The notes under the pieces are model-generated. The model was not told where the DNA came from. It saw only the letters and a program-made list of their open reading frames with translations, and searched no databases. Shown here in pieces: positions 1 through 12,303 of a stretch of 64,000 nt of DNA (positions are counted from its first letter, which is position 1; every line of letters starts with the position of its first letter). This DNA is from Syncephalis fuscata S228 (taxonomy: Eukaryota > Fungi > Zoopagomycota): positions 62,001-126,000 of the forward strand of contig JAHLTZ010000008.1 of NCBI GenBank assembly GCA_025786725.1, written 5' to 3'. The position numbers were made by a program, and so were the translations under genes.

Positions 1-1352
1 CAAGCAATCCTGGCACATCCCAACACGCATCGACGATAACACAGTCACGTGTATCACGATCGGCAATCAGATAAATAAAATTGCGCATCACACCGGCAAA
101 TTCAAATATCTTATTTTGTATGGGCCGTAATGATTTAATAACTGCATAATCTCGACCTGCTAACAACTGCAGGGTAAATAATCCACTTTCTTGATCCTCT
201 AATTTAATCTGTGCATTAGCCACACCAACCCGTGCATCTGGATTAGTAGGATCGCGTTGTAAACACTCCTCGTAACATGATAATGCTTCTTCATACTGTC
301 TTAGACCCAGTAATGCTTCACCTTTTCTATAAAAACCTTTTCCCCAGTCTGGCCGTATACGAATAGCAATCTCTGCGTCTGCCTTGGCCTCCTCGTAGTC
401 ATTAAGCATGCATCGAGAGGCTGAACGATTAGCATAGAGTAGGGCGGTAAAATCGGCCGTCTCTCCTCCTTTCCTTGTTAACTCGGCCAGCTTTTCATGA
501 GGACTAAGCGGCGCCGATGATTGATAAATGCTGCTTGATTTATTGCCATCCACGACAAGTCGAATAGCCTTGCTATACTCGGATAATGCGGCTCTATATC
601 GTTTACGATGAAACTGTTCATTGGCCCGACAGGTAAGACGATATAGATGTCTGTCTGGTGCTAATGCTCTAAACTGTGAATTACCACCGCTTAATGAAGC
701 ATATGGATCAACATCTAACGAAGCAATGGATCCATAGCCAGATAATTGACTTGACATACTATGTATTGTGCTTGTATGGTGTGGATTTGACTGGTCATCC
801 GATAAGGCAACCGATAATCGATTGGTACTGCCATTCTCATAGTTTCCCATCACAGATGGTGACAATGTAGTCGATGACGAGACTGTATCGATAGTTGATA
901 AAGTGGTGACCGACGGTGATGGTCGGAGTGAGCTTAAACGCTTCTTTAATCCTAATAGGCGATGGCCTCCACCCATAGTATCTGTGTGACTAGTGTTATT
1001 GATGTTATTCGTGTTATGGTTGTTTATTTCGTTTAAATGATGATTGCTACTATTGATATCGCTATTGTGGTCACTAGAATGGTCACCAAGAGTATTAATA
1101 TGATTTATATTATGATTATTAGTGGGTGGTGGTAGTTTGTGTCGTCGTCGTCGTCGTCGTCGTAGTTGTAGTAGTGGCTCTATTACTGTCACCAAAATCG
1201 AATACACTACTGCTACTGCTTTGACTTCTACCCTTAAAGCTACCAAAACGGCCAAGATTAATACCGCCAACACTGGTGCCTCCACCTTCACGAACAGATG
1301 ATGTAGACGGAGATGCTGTAGTCGATGCAGTGGACATGGACGACATGAACAT
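1..1352 (-). CDS. TPR-repeat + metallo-beta-lactamase-fold (glyoxalase II-like) fusion protein; 3' end runs off the window
   Basis: Manual translation: Ser/Thr/Asn-rich N-terminus (1-nt frameshift near 1125-1145 in a Thr repeat), TPR motifs (ANEQFHRKRYRAALSEYSKAI; LYANRSASRCMLNDYEEAKADAEIAIRIRPDWGKGFYRKGEALLGLRQYEEALSCYEECLQRDPTN), then QLLAGRDY...MRNFIYLIADRDTRDCVIVDACWDVPGLL, typical of an MBL-fold hydrolase N-terminus. Most of it is absent from the ORF track because the frame has no stop in the window. Confidence 0.75.
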
Positions 1353-1584
1353 TAGTCCCAAAAGAGTGGTTACGTGTACAAGTCAATATAAATAAACTAA
1401 CGTATAAACGGTAAAGTAGGAAATAGATTAGTAAAGGAATAGTGATGATAGCCGTTGTATAATAGCGAAAGAAGAAGAGGAGGAAAAGTGACGGCGGTGA
1501 ACATCAACCGCTCTTGATGGTAGAAGGTGCCGTATAAGAGATGTAGAAGTAGACAAGTAAGCAAACAAACAAACAGACAGACAA

Positions 1585-1585
<1 letters not shown>

Positions 1586-1623
<38 letters not shown>
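1586..1623. repeat. (TAGA)n microsatellite
   Basis: About 9 tandem tetranucleotide units seen directly. Confidence 0.9.
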
Positions 1624-1624
<1 letters not shown>

Positions 1625-2800
1625 ACGAAAAGAGCGAGAGTAAGAGTGAGAGGTAGAAGAGTAAGTGAAAGAGAGCAAAACACCAATGTATATTGTATAA
1701 GTAGACTGTTCAAGGAACAAGTGTTAAAATGGCGTATCTCTTTCTTTACTATCAATGTCACAGTATTGTTTAAAGTAGTCGGTGTATTCAATATTCAATC
1801 TCCACGCCATTGATACTCCTCAACTATGCATACGTACGCACGTCCATGACATTAATAACAATACATCTATCCTATAATGTTTTGTCATACTATTCTATCT
1901 ATTCTATTCTATTCTATACATCTATCTATTTACTATTCTATTCTATATATCTATCTATTTACTATTTTTCATTAAATAACAATAATATTATTCAATATTG
2001 CTTCCTTTATCTCTTCTCCTCTTTCTCCTTTTACTTGAATGTATAGTGCTCACTCTCTCTTTATTTCTCCTCTATTTGTCCTTATTGACGCATCATCGAT
2101 GGTTACGCACGCACAAACATACCAATACAAGGAAAGGGGACAGTTTAAATAAATGAAAATAGCCGCTACATCTACTTATTTTACCCACCCCATTATAATA
2201 TAACTATTTACCTTAAATAAAAGACCACTGTAATTAATAACTATTACTATTGCTAGTATTACTATTAACAGCAATTGTAATAGTAATAACGATAGTAACT
2301 ATCAAGGGTAATGGTGCGTATTTAGATGGTTGCCTCCTTACACATACTAGTATGAACGTAAATTGCAACTGAAATAATAGCCACACATACACAAAGTATG
2401 GCAATTATAACAGCACTAATAAAAATAATGCTGATATAATTAAGAGAAGAGAAAGAGATATGGGAAAAGAGGAAATAAAACTCTAACAAACAGTACTAAG
2501 GTATGCACTCATATACTAGGAAGAGAAGGAACTATCTGTTAATCGTGTGGTCAATAACTAGTCCTAGTGTTGTTGTATGCATGGCACAGATAGGCAGAGG
2601 AGTAAACAGGTGGTGCCTTTATCGTAGACAGGTTAGTTGGCGTGAAGTGAAAGTGTGGTCAAGGCAATCTGGCCATGTGGTATATCAACAACTATACAAT
2701 GTCACATGATAGAGTGCAAAGTATTGAACACTATTTCATCTTTTCATCGTAAAAGTATAGCTTGGCAGTTGTCTAAAATATAGTCATTTGCACACTTTAT

Positions 2801-4179
2801 TTATCCATCATCTACACCTATTGTATCGTCACCATGGCTTATAAATGGTATTGGAAAGAATCTACATGGTAATTAGTACAGATTGAATGATGTACACCAC
2901 TAGTTACTTACCCTCCTCCACCCATCATGCCATGGGAGTGACGCGAGAAATAGTCAAAATCAATACCAATGGCACAGGCTAATACAACCGCCCGTTCATC
3001 GCCGGTTAATGGGTTGGTGGAGACTTCGTTTCTGGTATGGCCTTCATACGTTGTTAAGTAGTCGGGATGGAATAATAGTGCATATTGGCCTGTATCCGTA
3101 AATATCTATTACCGCATTTATATTAGCAAGTAGGTGGCTTATACAATTTGATCCTATTTACTTCACGAGCAAATCCACCAAATCTTCTATCGACACAGGC
3201 CATAACTTTGTCTTGTTCATCGGTCAGTTCGAATCGCCAAGCTAGAAAACCTGCATCCACTTGAGCAAATTGATCATGTCTAATGGTTTCAATGCTTATT
3301 AATAAATCAATTATGGCATAACTATTAAATAGACTTGCCTTATAAATAGTTCATAGCGACGACGCCATAAATGCCATTGTTGAATAACTTGTCCTATAAG
3401 TCTGTCCTGCGCATCCATAACATAGATATGTGTATTAATCCATGTCCATGGACGATGCAGCTAATACATAGGCGATTAGCTATGCCAAGAATACTAAAAC
3501 GTTGATTACCTTAAGTATTACTTGGCCGTCATTATCGACAATAACCGCTTTAAATGGCCTATGAGTTCGTAGTAGCTGACGAGCAATAGCTGAACTAAAT
3601 TTACTTTCTTCTTCTGCTAAATAGGCCACTGGTCGACCTTGATCGTCCTCGATACTATACCGATTAGCTTGTTCAAATCCCTAATAACAATTAATCGATA
3701 CGTATAGTGAATAGCTCGATTGGCTCTACCAGAAATATATTAAGTGGTTCTAGTTGACGTCGTATTACTAATGCTGCTGCATAGCGCATAGACCATTCCG
3801 TCCATGTTAATTGTTGTTCTGTATTCTCTGTAACTGTAGATGAATCAATCATTTGTTGTTTATCACCAACATCAGATGCTACTCGGCTTTCTCTTAATCG
3901 AGCAAGTCTTCGATTACGCAAATCTTTACCATAGATATTAGCTAACCATTAAATACAAATACAAATACATATAATAATAATAATATAACCAGCTGACTAA
4001 CCATCAACACCACGAAAAGAGCGACGATTGAACGCCAGTGTTCGTCTGCTCTCCATAAAATGGCTACTATATTGCTGAATAGGCCGATATGGGCACTGGC
4101 CGCTTTGACAGATACCATTGCTAGGCACGGCGGTAATTAGGCGGCCAACACCCTTTAGCCACCCACGGGAACTATACAT
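2801..4179 (-). CDS. Phospholipid scramblase family protein (Aim25-like, probably mitochondrial), multi-exon
   Basis: Spliced translation gives RRQLEPLNIFLGFEQANRYSI, RQLLRTHRPFKA, QQWHLWRRRYELF, FGGFAREIFTDTGQY, ERAVVLACAIGIDFDYFSRHS. N-terminus is Arg-rich. Confidence 0.85.
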
Positions 4180-4378
4180 AAGGCTTTAGATCTGTTCAAT
4201 ACCAATATCGTATGCTGATACAAGAGAAAGAAGAGGACCGCCCAGCTATAAAGATAATAGAGTGCGATATAAACACTTGTTCTAATCAACGGGTATAAAT
4301 TCCATTGGATCAAAATTCAATTGAAATGTAAACTTTTCTATAATAAAAATCTATTTCTTTCTCATTCTTTTGTTTACA

Positions 4379-4531
4379 ATGCCTCTACCAAACTTTCGAC
4401 GCATCTATGCTTCATTCCGTACACCGGAAGAGGAACGCCGTATATCACGCGAAGCATTCTTTAAATGTGTGGGATTTGTTGTTGCTTGTGTAGCCATTAC
4501 TTGGATGGCTGGTAAACAGCGAACTATATAA
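4379..4531 (+). CDS. 50-aa microprotein with C-terminal hydrophobic segment (Tom5-like architecture)
   Basis: MPLPNFRRIYASFRTPEEERRISREAFFKCVGFVVACVAITWMAGKQRTI*. Good start context (acaATG); GC-richer than its flanks; below the ORF-track length cut-off. Confidence 0.5.
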   Translation: MPLPNFRRIYASFRTPEEERRISREAFFKCVGFVVACVAITWMAGKQRTI

Positions 4532-4675
4532 TTAATACCAACGTGGCCATCGATACTAAAGACAACACACAAACATTGAATACTATAACACTACTATAAA
4601 TATACTGTTATATAGATGATACTATATAATTGCTTTACAGCCATCACTATAACTGCTCTAGTATAATTTATTGGT

Positions 4676-6653
4676 CTACATAATTACACAACTATCCAAA
4701 TCAGTAGCATCTGGCTTATCCAGCTTACGTTGGGTCACTTGAAGAATGGCTAATAGTGCATGAATATCGCATCCACCAGTGCTATTTATAAAGTTATATA
4801 AGCCTCTACTATTGCTATTAGCTGCTACTTACCGCGTTCTTCTAGTGTACGTTCTCGATCTTCATCTAGTTCCAAGTTTTCGGGTAAATGGGCTCTTACA
4901 ATAGCACATAGCTCTTCAAGGGCACTGGGATCGGTTTCCTTTAGAATACGTGGTCTTAATCGTTCATAGGCCGCTTGAATAAGACGACTAAAGTTAATGG
5001 ATAGTGTTTTTTATTGTTGGTAAAAAATACACTATATAAAGAGCGTTCTTCTGAACCCATTGTAGTAACAAATGTTAAACTATCAAGTGCCTAAATGATT
5101 ATAATTACCGTTAATGACATTTAATACTGTTAATTAATAAACTAAATCAGTCATACCATTTCTACTAATGATACATCAGGCTGATCAATAATAGCCAGTC
5201 GTTCATCGGTTAAAGGTCCTAATAGACGTTGTCTAATATCAAGATAGCTTTCTTGACAAGCTTTTAATGCTTCTTCACACCTAGTATATAGCGGTTATTT
5301 TCTGTTCAGTTTATTCAATAAACAACATACGTTGTATCTTGAAGAGCCAGTTGCTCTAATTTCTCCAATAGTGGACGTAGTTCTGGCGTACTAGCTCTGA
5401 ACTTTACATACAACAAAGGCAGTAAAGCAGATTCACTTTGACGTTCACTCGGTGTCTGTAGAATAACAGCAATATTAGTTAATTAGTACAAACAGTATAT
5501 TGTCACTTACTTTTGCTTCTAATTTACGAGCAACTTCACGCGCCATACTCATCCATGCATCAATCGCATGTTGTCGGATTAATTGGCCGGCTTTGGCTCG
5601 ACATTCAATAAACTTATCCAAATAAGCTCCTGCTTCCCGATAGCTTGCCTATAATACAAATAACCATGGTTATCATGGTTATTTAGCTGCTTTATTCGAA
5701 CGACAGGCATCATTACCTTAGCCGTAAGAAATACAATCGATTCCTCCATAGCATTGAGTGTTGGTAGAAAGTCTGAGCGTAAACAAACGAATCTAGTTGC
5801 TTCTTGTTCATCTACATCGACATTCTGTGAATCGGCGTCAATCATGGCATCTAACGGAGAACCTGGCATTGGTGACCATCCCGGTGAAGTGGGTGGCAAT
5901 GGCATCATACCAGCCGCATTAGCCGGGTCAATTAGTCGAACTAAATGCGATAATCGGTCAAAATAGTCCAGCTGTTTGGCAACTGCATCGCCAACAAGAC
6001 TAAATGTGCCTAGTGTATACATGTATTAAAATAAGGATATTTATATATAGTGTTGGTTATAGTTACCTGTCGCTCTAACAAACGCTCCGAAGCCACAGCT
6101 AATGAAGTAGCAGTTTGCCGTATACGCTGCTCTGAACTGGATAGATGGGTCAGCTCCTTATTAAGTCCCAATAATGCATCTAACAATGTATCGCATCGAT
6201 TTACAGCACTATTCAGCCAATGTTGATGCTGACTATACAATTATGAATACAAAAATGATAAATTTAATTACTAGTACTTACCGATACTTTTCATCTCTCT
6301 GCCTATCATTTGTGGTAACTATCGTTTGAATTGAATCACGTTCTATATTATTGTTAGTTATTATAAATGATATATAGATATATAGCCATATACTAACCAT
6401 CCACCGGTTGTTCAAAAGCAGTTATTTTATCCTGGCTTTTAGATTGGTTCTCCTCTGTCTCTTCGTCTTCTCCACCTTCAGTTATACGAATAAATAATGC
6501 GTCTAGACTATTAACGTTGTCCAGTTCTTTAACCAATGCATCATAGTCGGCACTTGGCAAAGTATATAATGTGTCCCAATCTTCTAGACGACATCCTGTC
6601 CGACCTACACGATTCGGTCGAGGGGACGCGGTACGTCCTTGCAGATACTCCAT
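4676..6653 (-). CDS. COG3: Conserved oligomeric Golgi complex subunit 3 (Sec34)-like, apparently C-terminally short, multi-exon
   Basis: SLAVASERLLERQ, KQLDYFDRL, FLPTLNAMEESIVFL, EAGAYLDKFIECRAKA, LLYVKFRA, CQESYLDIRQRLL, YERLRPRILKETD follow the Sec34/COG3 N-terminal pattern. Confidence 0.75.
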
Positions 6654-6797
6654 GGTACGAATAGAGAATGTTAAGTGGCTATTATGTAGAAGGGGTCAAT
6701 GACGTGGTATAAACTAATGAGTTTAACAATTAACAATAAATGTAATAAATTGTAATAAATTGTAATAATTAATGTATTTTATTGATGGATGCCATCA

Positions 6798-7365
6798 TTA
6801 GACAGATCCAGATTCCTTGGGCGTTTTAGTAAATAACTGAATGGCATGAATACCAGCCTGTATTTCTGGATTGATTTCTTTATATACTAGACGATGTCGT
6901 TGCGGTAACGACTATATGTATTATATGTATTACATATATATTATGTTTAGTATATTAAGAATAATAACATTAGCTAGTTCATACTTTGCCTTCAAACATC
7001 TCCGATATCACGTTGATTCTAAATAACGTTATTACTATTAGATATCAACAAGCATCTACTAAATACCTGAAATGAGTCTCACTTGGAAATGAGTCATTGA
7101 TAACTTGTAATGTACGCGGTGCCAATGCAGCTGTTAACTAGTAATACCAATACAGAAAAAACTAAGCGGATGCAACTATCTGTATTAAATAGCTTACTTT
7201 CTTTTCCATGCTAAGTGTCAATGGTCCTTTACGTGGTGCCTTGTTGCTTTCGTCTGCATTGTCTATCTGGCTTGTAAAGCCACGTCGCGCAATGGCCGTT
7301 GGCAATAACGAGGAGGATCTTGCAACGATTGCTGCTCCGTAAGCCAAGCGAGTATATACCAACAT
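6798..7365 (-). CDS. BolA-family protein with mitochondrial presequence (paralog 1)
   Basis: Presequence MLVYTRLAYGAAIVARSSS...RRGF; spliced core KGPLTLSMEKK|LTAALAPRTLQVINDSFPSETHF|RINVISEMFEGK|SLPQRHRLVYKEINPEIQAGIHAIQLFTKTPKE. Confidence 0.85.
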
Positions 7366-7472
7366 GACGATACAAGATCAATAAAGAAACAAAATAGAGT
7401 GCTAATAAAATACATATTGATCCACTATACTACGAGTGCCACATTTCTTTTTACTACGAAATCTACCACTTC

Positions 7473-8155
7473 ATGTTTTTACTTGGCCGATCAGTTTCCC
7501 GGCATTTGTGGAGTCGCACTATTGCACAGTCAACGCGCACTTTTACTTTAACTCGTTCTGCCGCGCTTTTATTCTCTACGCGCAGCACCATGGCTTTGTC
7601 AGGGCCACTTCAACAGAGTATGGAAGAAAAGGTGTGCATAGTTACCACACTAGGTATCATTATTTGCCATTCTTTTCATTGCTCATCAGTGCATATATAT
7701 TGATTGCTTAGATTCGCGTCGAATTCAATCCAACCACGTTGGAGGTAAAAAATGAATCGCACCTTCATAGACACCACGCTCCCATGCAAGGCGTAACCAG
7801 CACCGAAACACATTTCCGGTAAGTTACCGCCACACCAAGTGTAAACACGTGTATAATGGTTGCAATATCACGCGACTGGCGTTTAATTCTATTCAGTATG
7901 ACGATTGTGTCTTCTGTGTTCGAAGGCAAGGTAAGACAATGGTTCGGAGACAAGGCTATAACGTCGCTTGTGTCCGTTGAAATTAAGTACTGAACGTGTA
8001 ATAACTTAGCTACTATACTTTAGTCGTTAATGCAGCGTCACCGAGCAATTTACAAGCTGCTTGCTGATGAATTGGCTGCGCAGGATGGCGTGCACGCTTT
8101 GGCTCTAGTGACAAAGACTCCACAAGAATACGCCAATATGTCGTCATCTAACTAG
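7473..8155 (+). CDS. BolA-family protein (BolA1/Bol1-type) with mitochondrial presequence (paralog 2)
   Basis: Presequence [29 protein letters not shown]; core [11 protein letters not shown]|[35 protein letters not shown]|[11 protein letters not shown]|[35 protein letters not shown]. Confidence 0.9.
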
Positions 8156-8584
8156 TATTGTTATAAGCATTAATTGATGGGAATACGCGTGGTGCCACAA
8201 TTTACGCCTATTATGCCTTGCCAGTAGCATGTGTTGTGCGTGATCCGTCGTAACAATTAAGCGAATATAAATAGTATAAAAGAACCATGGGATACATCCC
8301 TTTTTGTTAGTGTTAGCATGTGGTAGTTATAATAAAACCATTTCGGTCACAAACTGCCTTAATGAGTACCAATTTAGCAGGCAAATGATAATCACATTTC
8401 TTTAGCCATTAATCATCTATCAATCTGCATTTAATAACCAAGTGCTTACGCCAGTATTTAAGTCGCGCTTTTCGCTAGCTGTTTGCCAATATTCAGTAGC
8501 TTTTTTCTTGTTATTTTGTTTTAGTTTAACGCTCACACTTTTAACGTCCATACCTCCAACATCCATTCTAACCTTAAGCTTATT

Positions 8585-9167
8585 ATGCATTTCAGTCTAT
8601 TACCCACAATCATTATTCTCGGTTGTCTATTTGCAACAATTATTATTAATGTTAACTCAGTAGCTTCGTTGCCGACACAGAGCGGTCGAAGGGAACGTTC
8701 CGACGAGCTGCGAAAGGCTGCCATCATAAATGGCTCATCCCCCTCGACATCAAACCCAGCAATTGATGATCTAAACGTATCATGCCATCCGACAAATATT
8801 TCAAAAAAGACGGATTTTACGTATATCCTGAAGAGTGGTTTGGCTACAGTAATAAATGGGCTATTGCTCATGGATACTACGCTGCTTCGGCTAGTGTTTA
8901 TGGCCAACCTGGCTATGCCGAAGAAGTTGCTGTCTATATTACCTGTACGAATAGTCTGAAACTATACAATCTACTGGCAACAGGTCGTAAGGTGTGCAAA
9001 ATTACTGCTTTGTTTGTATTTGTTTACTAACTGTTGACATTTAGCTTATGCAGATGCGCTGGCAAAAATACCCCATTGAGATACCAGGCACTGGTAGACG
9101 TGGAATTGCAACACTTCAATCGTTTCAGCCTGATCCTCAATATGCGTGTAATGTTTTTCTATATTAA
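8585..9167 (+). CDS. Small secreted protein family member 1, copy A (1-nt deletion near 8775 relative to copy B)
   Basis: Signal peptide MHFSLLPTIIILGCLFATIIINVNSVAS; one phase-0 intron; ctaaacgt in A versus ctaaagcgt in B. Confidence 0.7.
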
Positions 9168-10403
9168 AACATAATAATAGTAATATTAATAAAAGTTTTA
9201 TGATAATAACATTTTAAGCTTATCTGTATTTATGGTTTATCAGCCATAACCTGTGACAAACACTAAACCAGCAATGATTCAATATCCATCACAGACTAAT
9301 ATGGCAAATTGCAATCTAGCATTAATATCAAATATTAATTTTATGGTTTGCTCTGCGGTAGCTTGCATTACATCTTCAACAATTTTTGGTGTGTGCATCT
9401 GCAATAAATAGCAAGTTAAATTGAGTTAAAATGTGTTATATTCAAATTAAATACTGCAAGATTTCTATGGCATTTAACAACTAAATGTTCCATGGCATTG
9501 ATAGTGGCAAAGATTGGCAAGTTGTTACATTATATGTTGGTTTATGATCGATATAATGTAAAATATAGACACTACACTGCTCATGAAAATCACAACATAT
9601 GGCGAAAGTATTTCATTTTATGATAACAAAAACAGCGAGCACAGTGTAAGAAGAAAAGTACTTGTTGTGTTCTAACCTACAGTCAAGTATTCAATACATG
9701 TAGAAAAATACAACATATCTAAGAAATGAAAATGTAAATAAATTCAGTGGCAAAATAATGTATTGCAATGATAATTAAATTTAAAACTACTAACTTAATT
9801 GGCAGCAAATGTAATGCATCATTTATGAAGCTGTACTGTTTTATAAATACTGGTAATCACCATGATTGATACATTGTAACAAGGGGGTTGTAACTACTCC
9901 GCTTGTTACATATTGCAATATGAGCTATTCAGTTCATTATAGTTGAATCATGATAATTAATGGCCAATAGGAAACAAAATTAGTATCAAAGCATTGTCAA
10001 CCAACATATTGTGTTTTAACCGCTAGATAAGTACAAGTAAATATCAGAAATTAGCATTATAAGATAACGCTAAGATAAGGTGCTGCTTGGCTAGCTGAGT
10101 TACAATTTGTTAAATAGAGCTGTAAAAATATAAATATTAGTGTGATTGCTTTTATAAAACATTATGCCAATCGGCATTATTGTAACGCAACTATGTAATT
10201 GAATTTCCTTGTTGCCATAAAAAGTAAATTGATACACGTGAAACAGCTAAAGAAAAATTATATCGTTTTGCTTATGGTATCGGAGTTTTATAATCTTGAT
10301 GCCTTTGAATTGCTTTTTAAAATAAATAGATAGATTTTTCGGACTATTTTAGTTTTCAATATTAACCATCCATTACACTAGTAGATTTTACAAACAAACA
10401 GAC

Positions 10404-11028
10404 ATGCATTTTACTAGAACAGCTTTTGTATCAGCTTGCTATGGACTGGCGATCTACGCCAGCCTTATAGCTACTAGTTCGGCTTCTCCAGCTTCTCCAC
10501 TTGAGAAATATATAATGAAAAAACAATTAGCCGAAAAACAATTAGCCGAAACACAATTCGCACCAATAGACAGCCCAGAATCATCGACAATCAAAGTATC
10601 ACTTTTCGATGCCATCAGTGCAGCTTTACCACTTGGATTTAAGTTCTATTGGGACAAGTACAAACTGAGCTTCCCAAAAGAATGGAAAAAAGACGCTAGT
10701 GGTGGCTGGGCATACACCTATGCAGTACTATCCTCCAAAGGTTCAAGGTTATATTACACCGGACAGAAAAGCGCCTATGTGATTTGCACCGATAACACTG
10801 AGCTATTTTCAGACTTTAGCAAACAGCTCAATGTAAGTAAGCGCTGTGTAAATAGTATTATGTGCTGACTTTTACTAGGATGCATCAGAAAAGAAAGCAT
10901 TGCGGACGTTGACTATTCCAGGATTAGCCGGTTTCATAACAGAGCAGCAGCCTTCCTTTAAGCCGACTAAACAAATCAGCTGTTTGCCGGTGTATTATCA
11001 ACATGCTTTGTCTAAGAATAAGCTGTAA
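10404..11028 (+). CDS. Small secreted protein family member 2, copy A (~192 aa, intron 10833-10878)
   Basis: Signal peptide MHFTRTAFVSACYGLAIYASLIATSSA; exon 2 DASEKKALRTLTIPGLAGFITEQQPSFKPTKQISCLPVYYQHALSKNKL*. Confidence 0.75.
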
Positions 11029-11276
11029 CGCCGACAGGTTAATGGCAGCATACACATGCTTTGTTTCACTATTACCTTTGCCATAATAGTGTGTCGCTTG
11101 AAATAGAAATATACATGCAAAGCTGTAACTCTGATTCATGTACATTTTTGGCTACTCCAAAAGAGATACTTTGAAGCAACGTTACACGATCACAATAAAT
11201 TTCTTATTTAAATCAAGCCAAATTTGCATTAGATACCAATAAAAAACTCAGTAGACGATTCCTATCCACAACTGAA

Positions 11277-12010
11277 ATGCGCTATACATTTACGATTCTT
11301 GCTATTGTCAGTTGCCTCGTTGCTTTTTCTAACGACGGATTATTGTCACCTGTCAGTGCTGAGCCAATTCCCGAAAGCAGAAGAAACCAACTAACTACGG
11401 CACAAGTACATGCTAATACTTTAAAATTCCTACAATCTAAAAATGAGCATCCTATTGAGCCGGAAAAGTTTTTGAGCGCAATAGAAAGTGCTATACCATA
11501 TAAGTTGCTTTATGAAGGCCAAGGATTTAAGTTGAAATTCACCACGCCTTGGACAATTAATCAATCAAAAAACTTTGTGCGAGAATCTGCTTATTACAAA
11601 AACGCAAGTCCATCGCTGTTTCGTGTAGAAAAGAAAATAGAAATTTATGTTTAATGTCCTAGGCTTTTCCAGGATTATCAGGTAATAGTAAATAAACTAA
11701 AGGTAAGACGGTAGTTTTGATCGTTATGGACTGATTAAACTGACTGTATTTTTTGCAGAAACTAAAGGAACCAGAAGATCCAAAGAAATTGAAAAATCCA
11801 AGGCAAAAAATAGCTCCACTAAAAATCCCAGGTACAGATGAAATTATGGTAGATAAATTGGCAACTTTTATGCCTATTAAGCAAGCTACTTGTATGGTGT
11901 TCACATTTAAAAAACCAAATTCTCCAGAAAGCAATTTGCCATCAAACACTGATCCATCCTCAAGCGATAAGAGTAAAAGCAAAAAACTCTGGCCATTGAA
12001 AAGACTATAG
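11277..12010 (+). pseudogene. Small secreted protein family member 3, copy A; in-frame TAA at 11652-11654, frame stays open across intron 11703-11758
   Basis: Signal peptide MRYTFTILAIVSCLVAFS; IYV*CPRLFQDYQVIVNKLK|KLKEPEDP...KIPGTDEIMVDKLATFMPIKQATCMVFTF. Confidence 0.65.
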
Positions 12011-12303
12011 TCCTCTTAAAACTAACAATCTTTTAGAAATAAACAAATATATTTAAATGCATCATACAGTTGCTTTAATTATCATTACCATATTCGGTAA
12101 TTATAATTTATTTATATTAACATTATAATTCATCGTGCTTAAAGTCATTTGTATTACCATTTACTAAATAATTATAACCACAACATATATATTAATTAAT
12201 TTATTAATTTTGTATTAGTCCTTACAAGAAAGCCAGCAACTTATTGCAATAACAATTCGATTAAAGCATAACTGTTTTTTGCTAGAAAAGTGTTTATAAC
12301 ACA

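Noticed and set aside
1397-2046. Hydrophobic ORFs in the ORF track
   Set aside because: Translations of microsatellite and low-complexity intergenic DNA.
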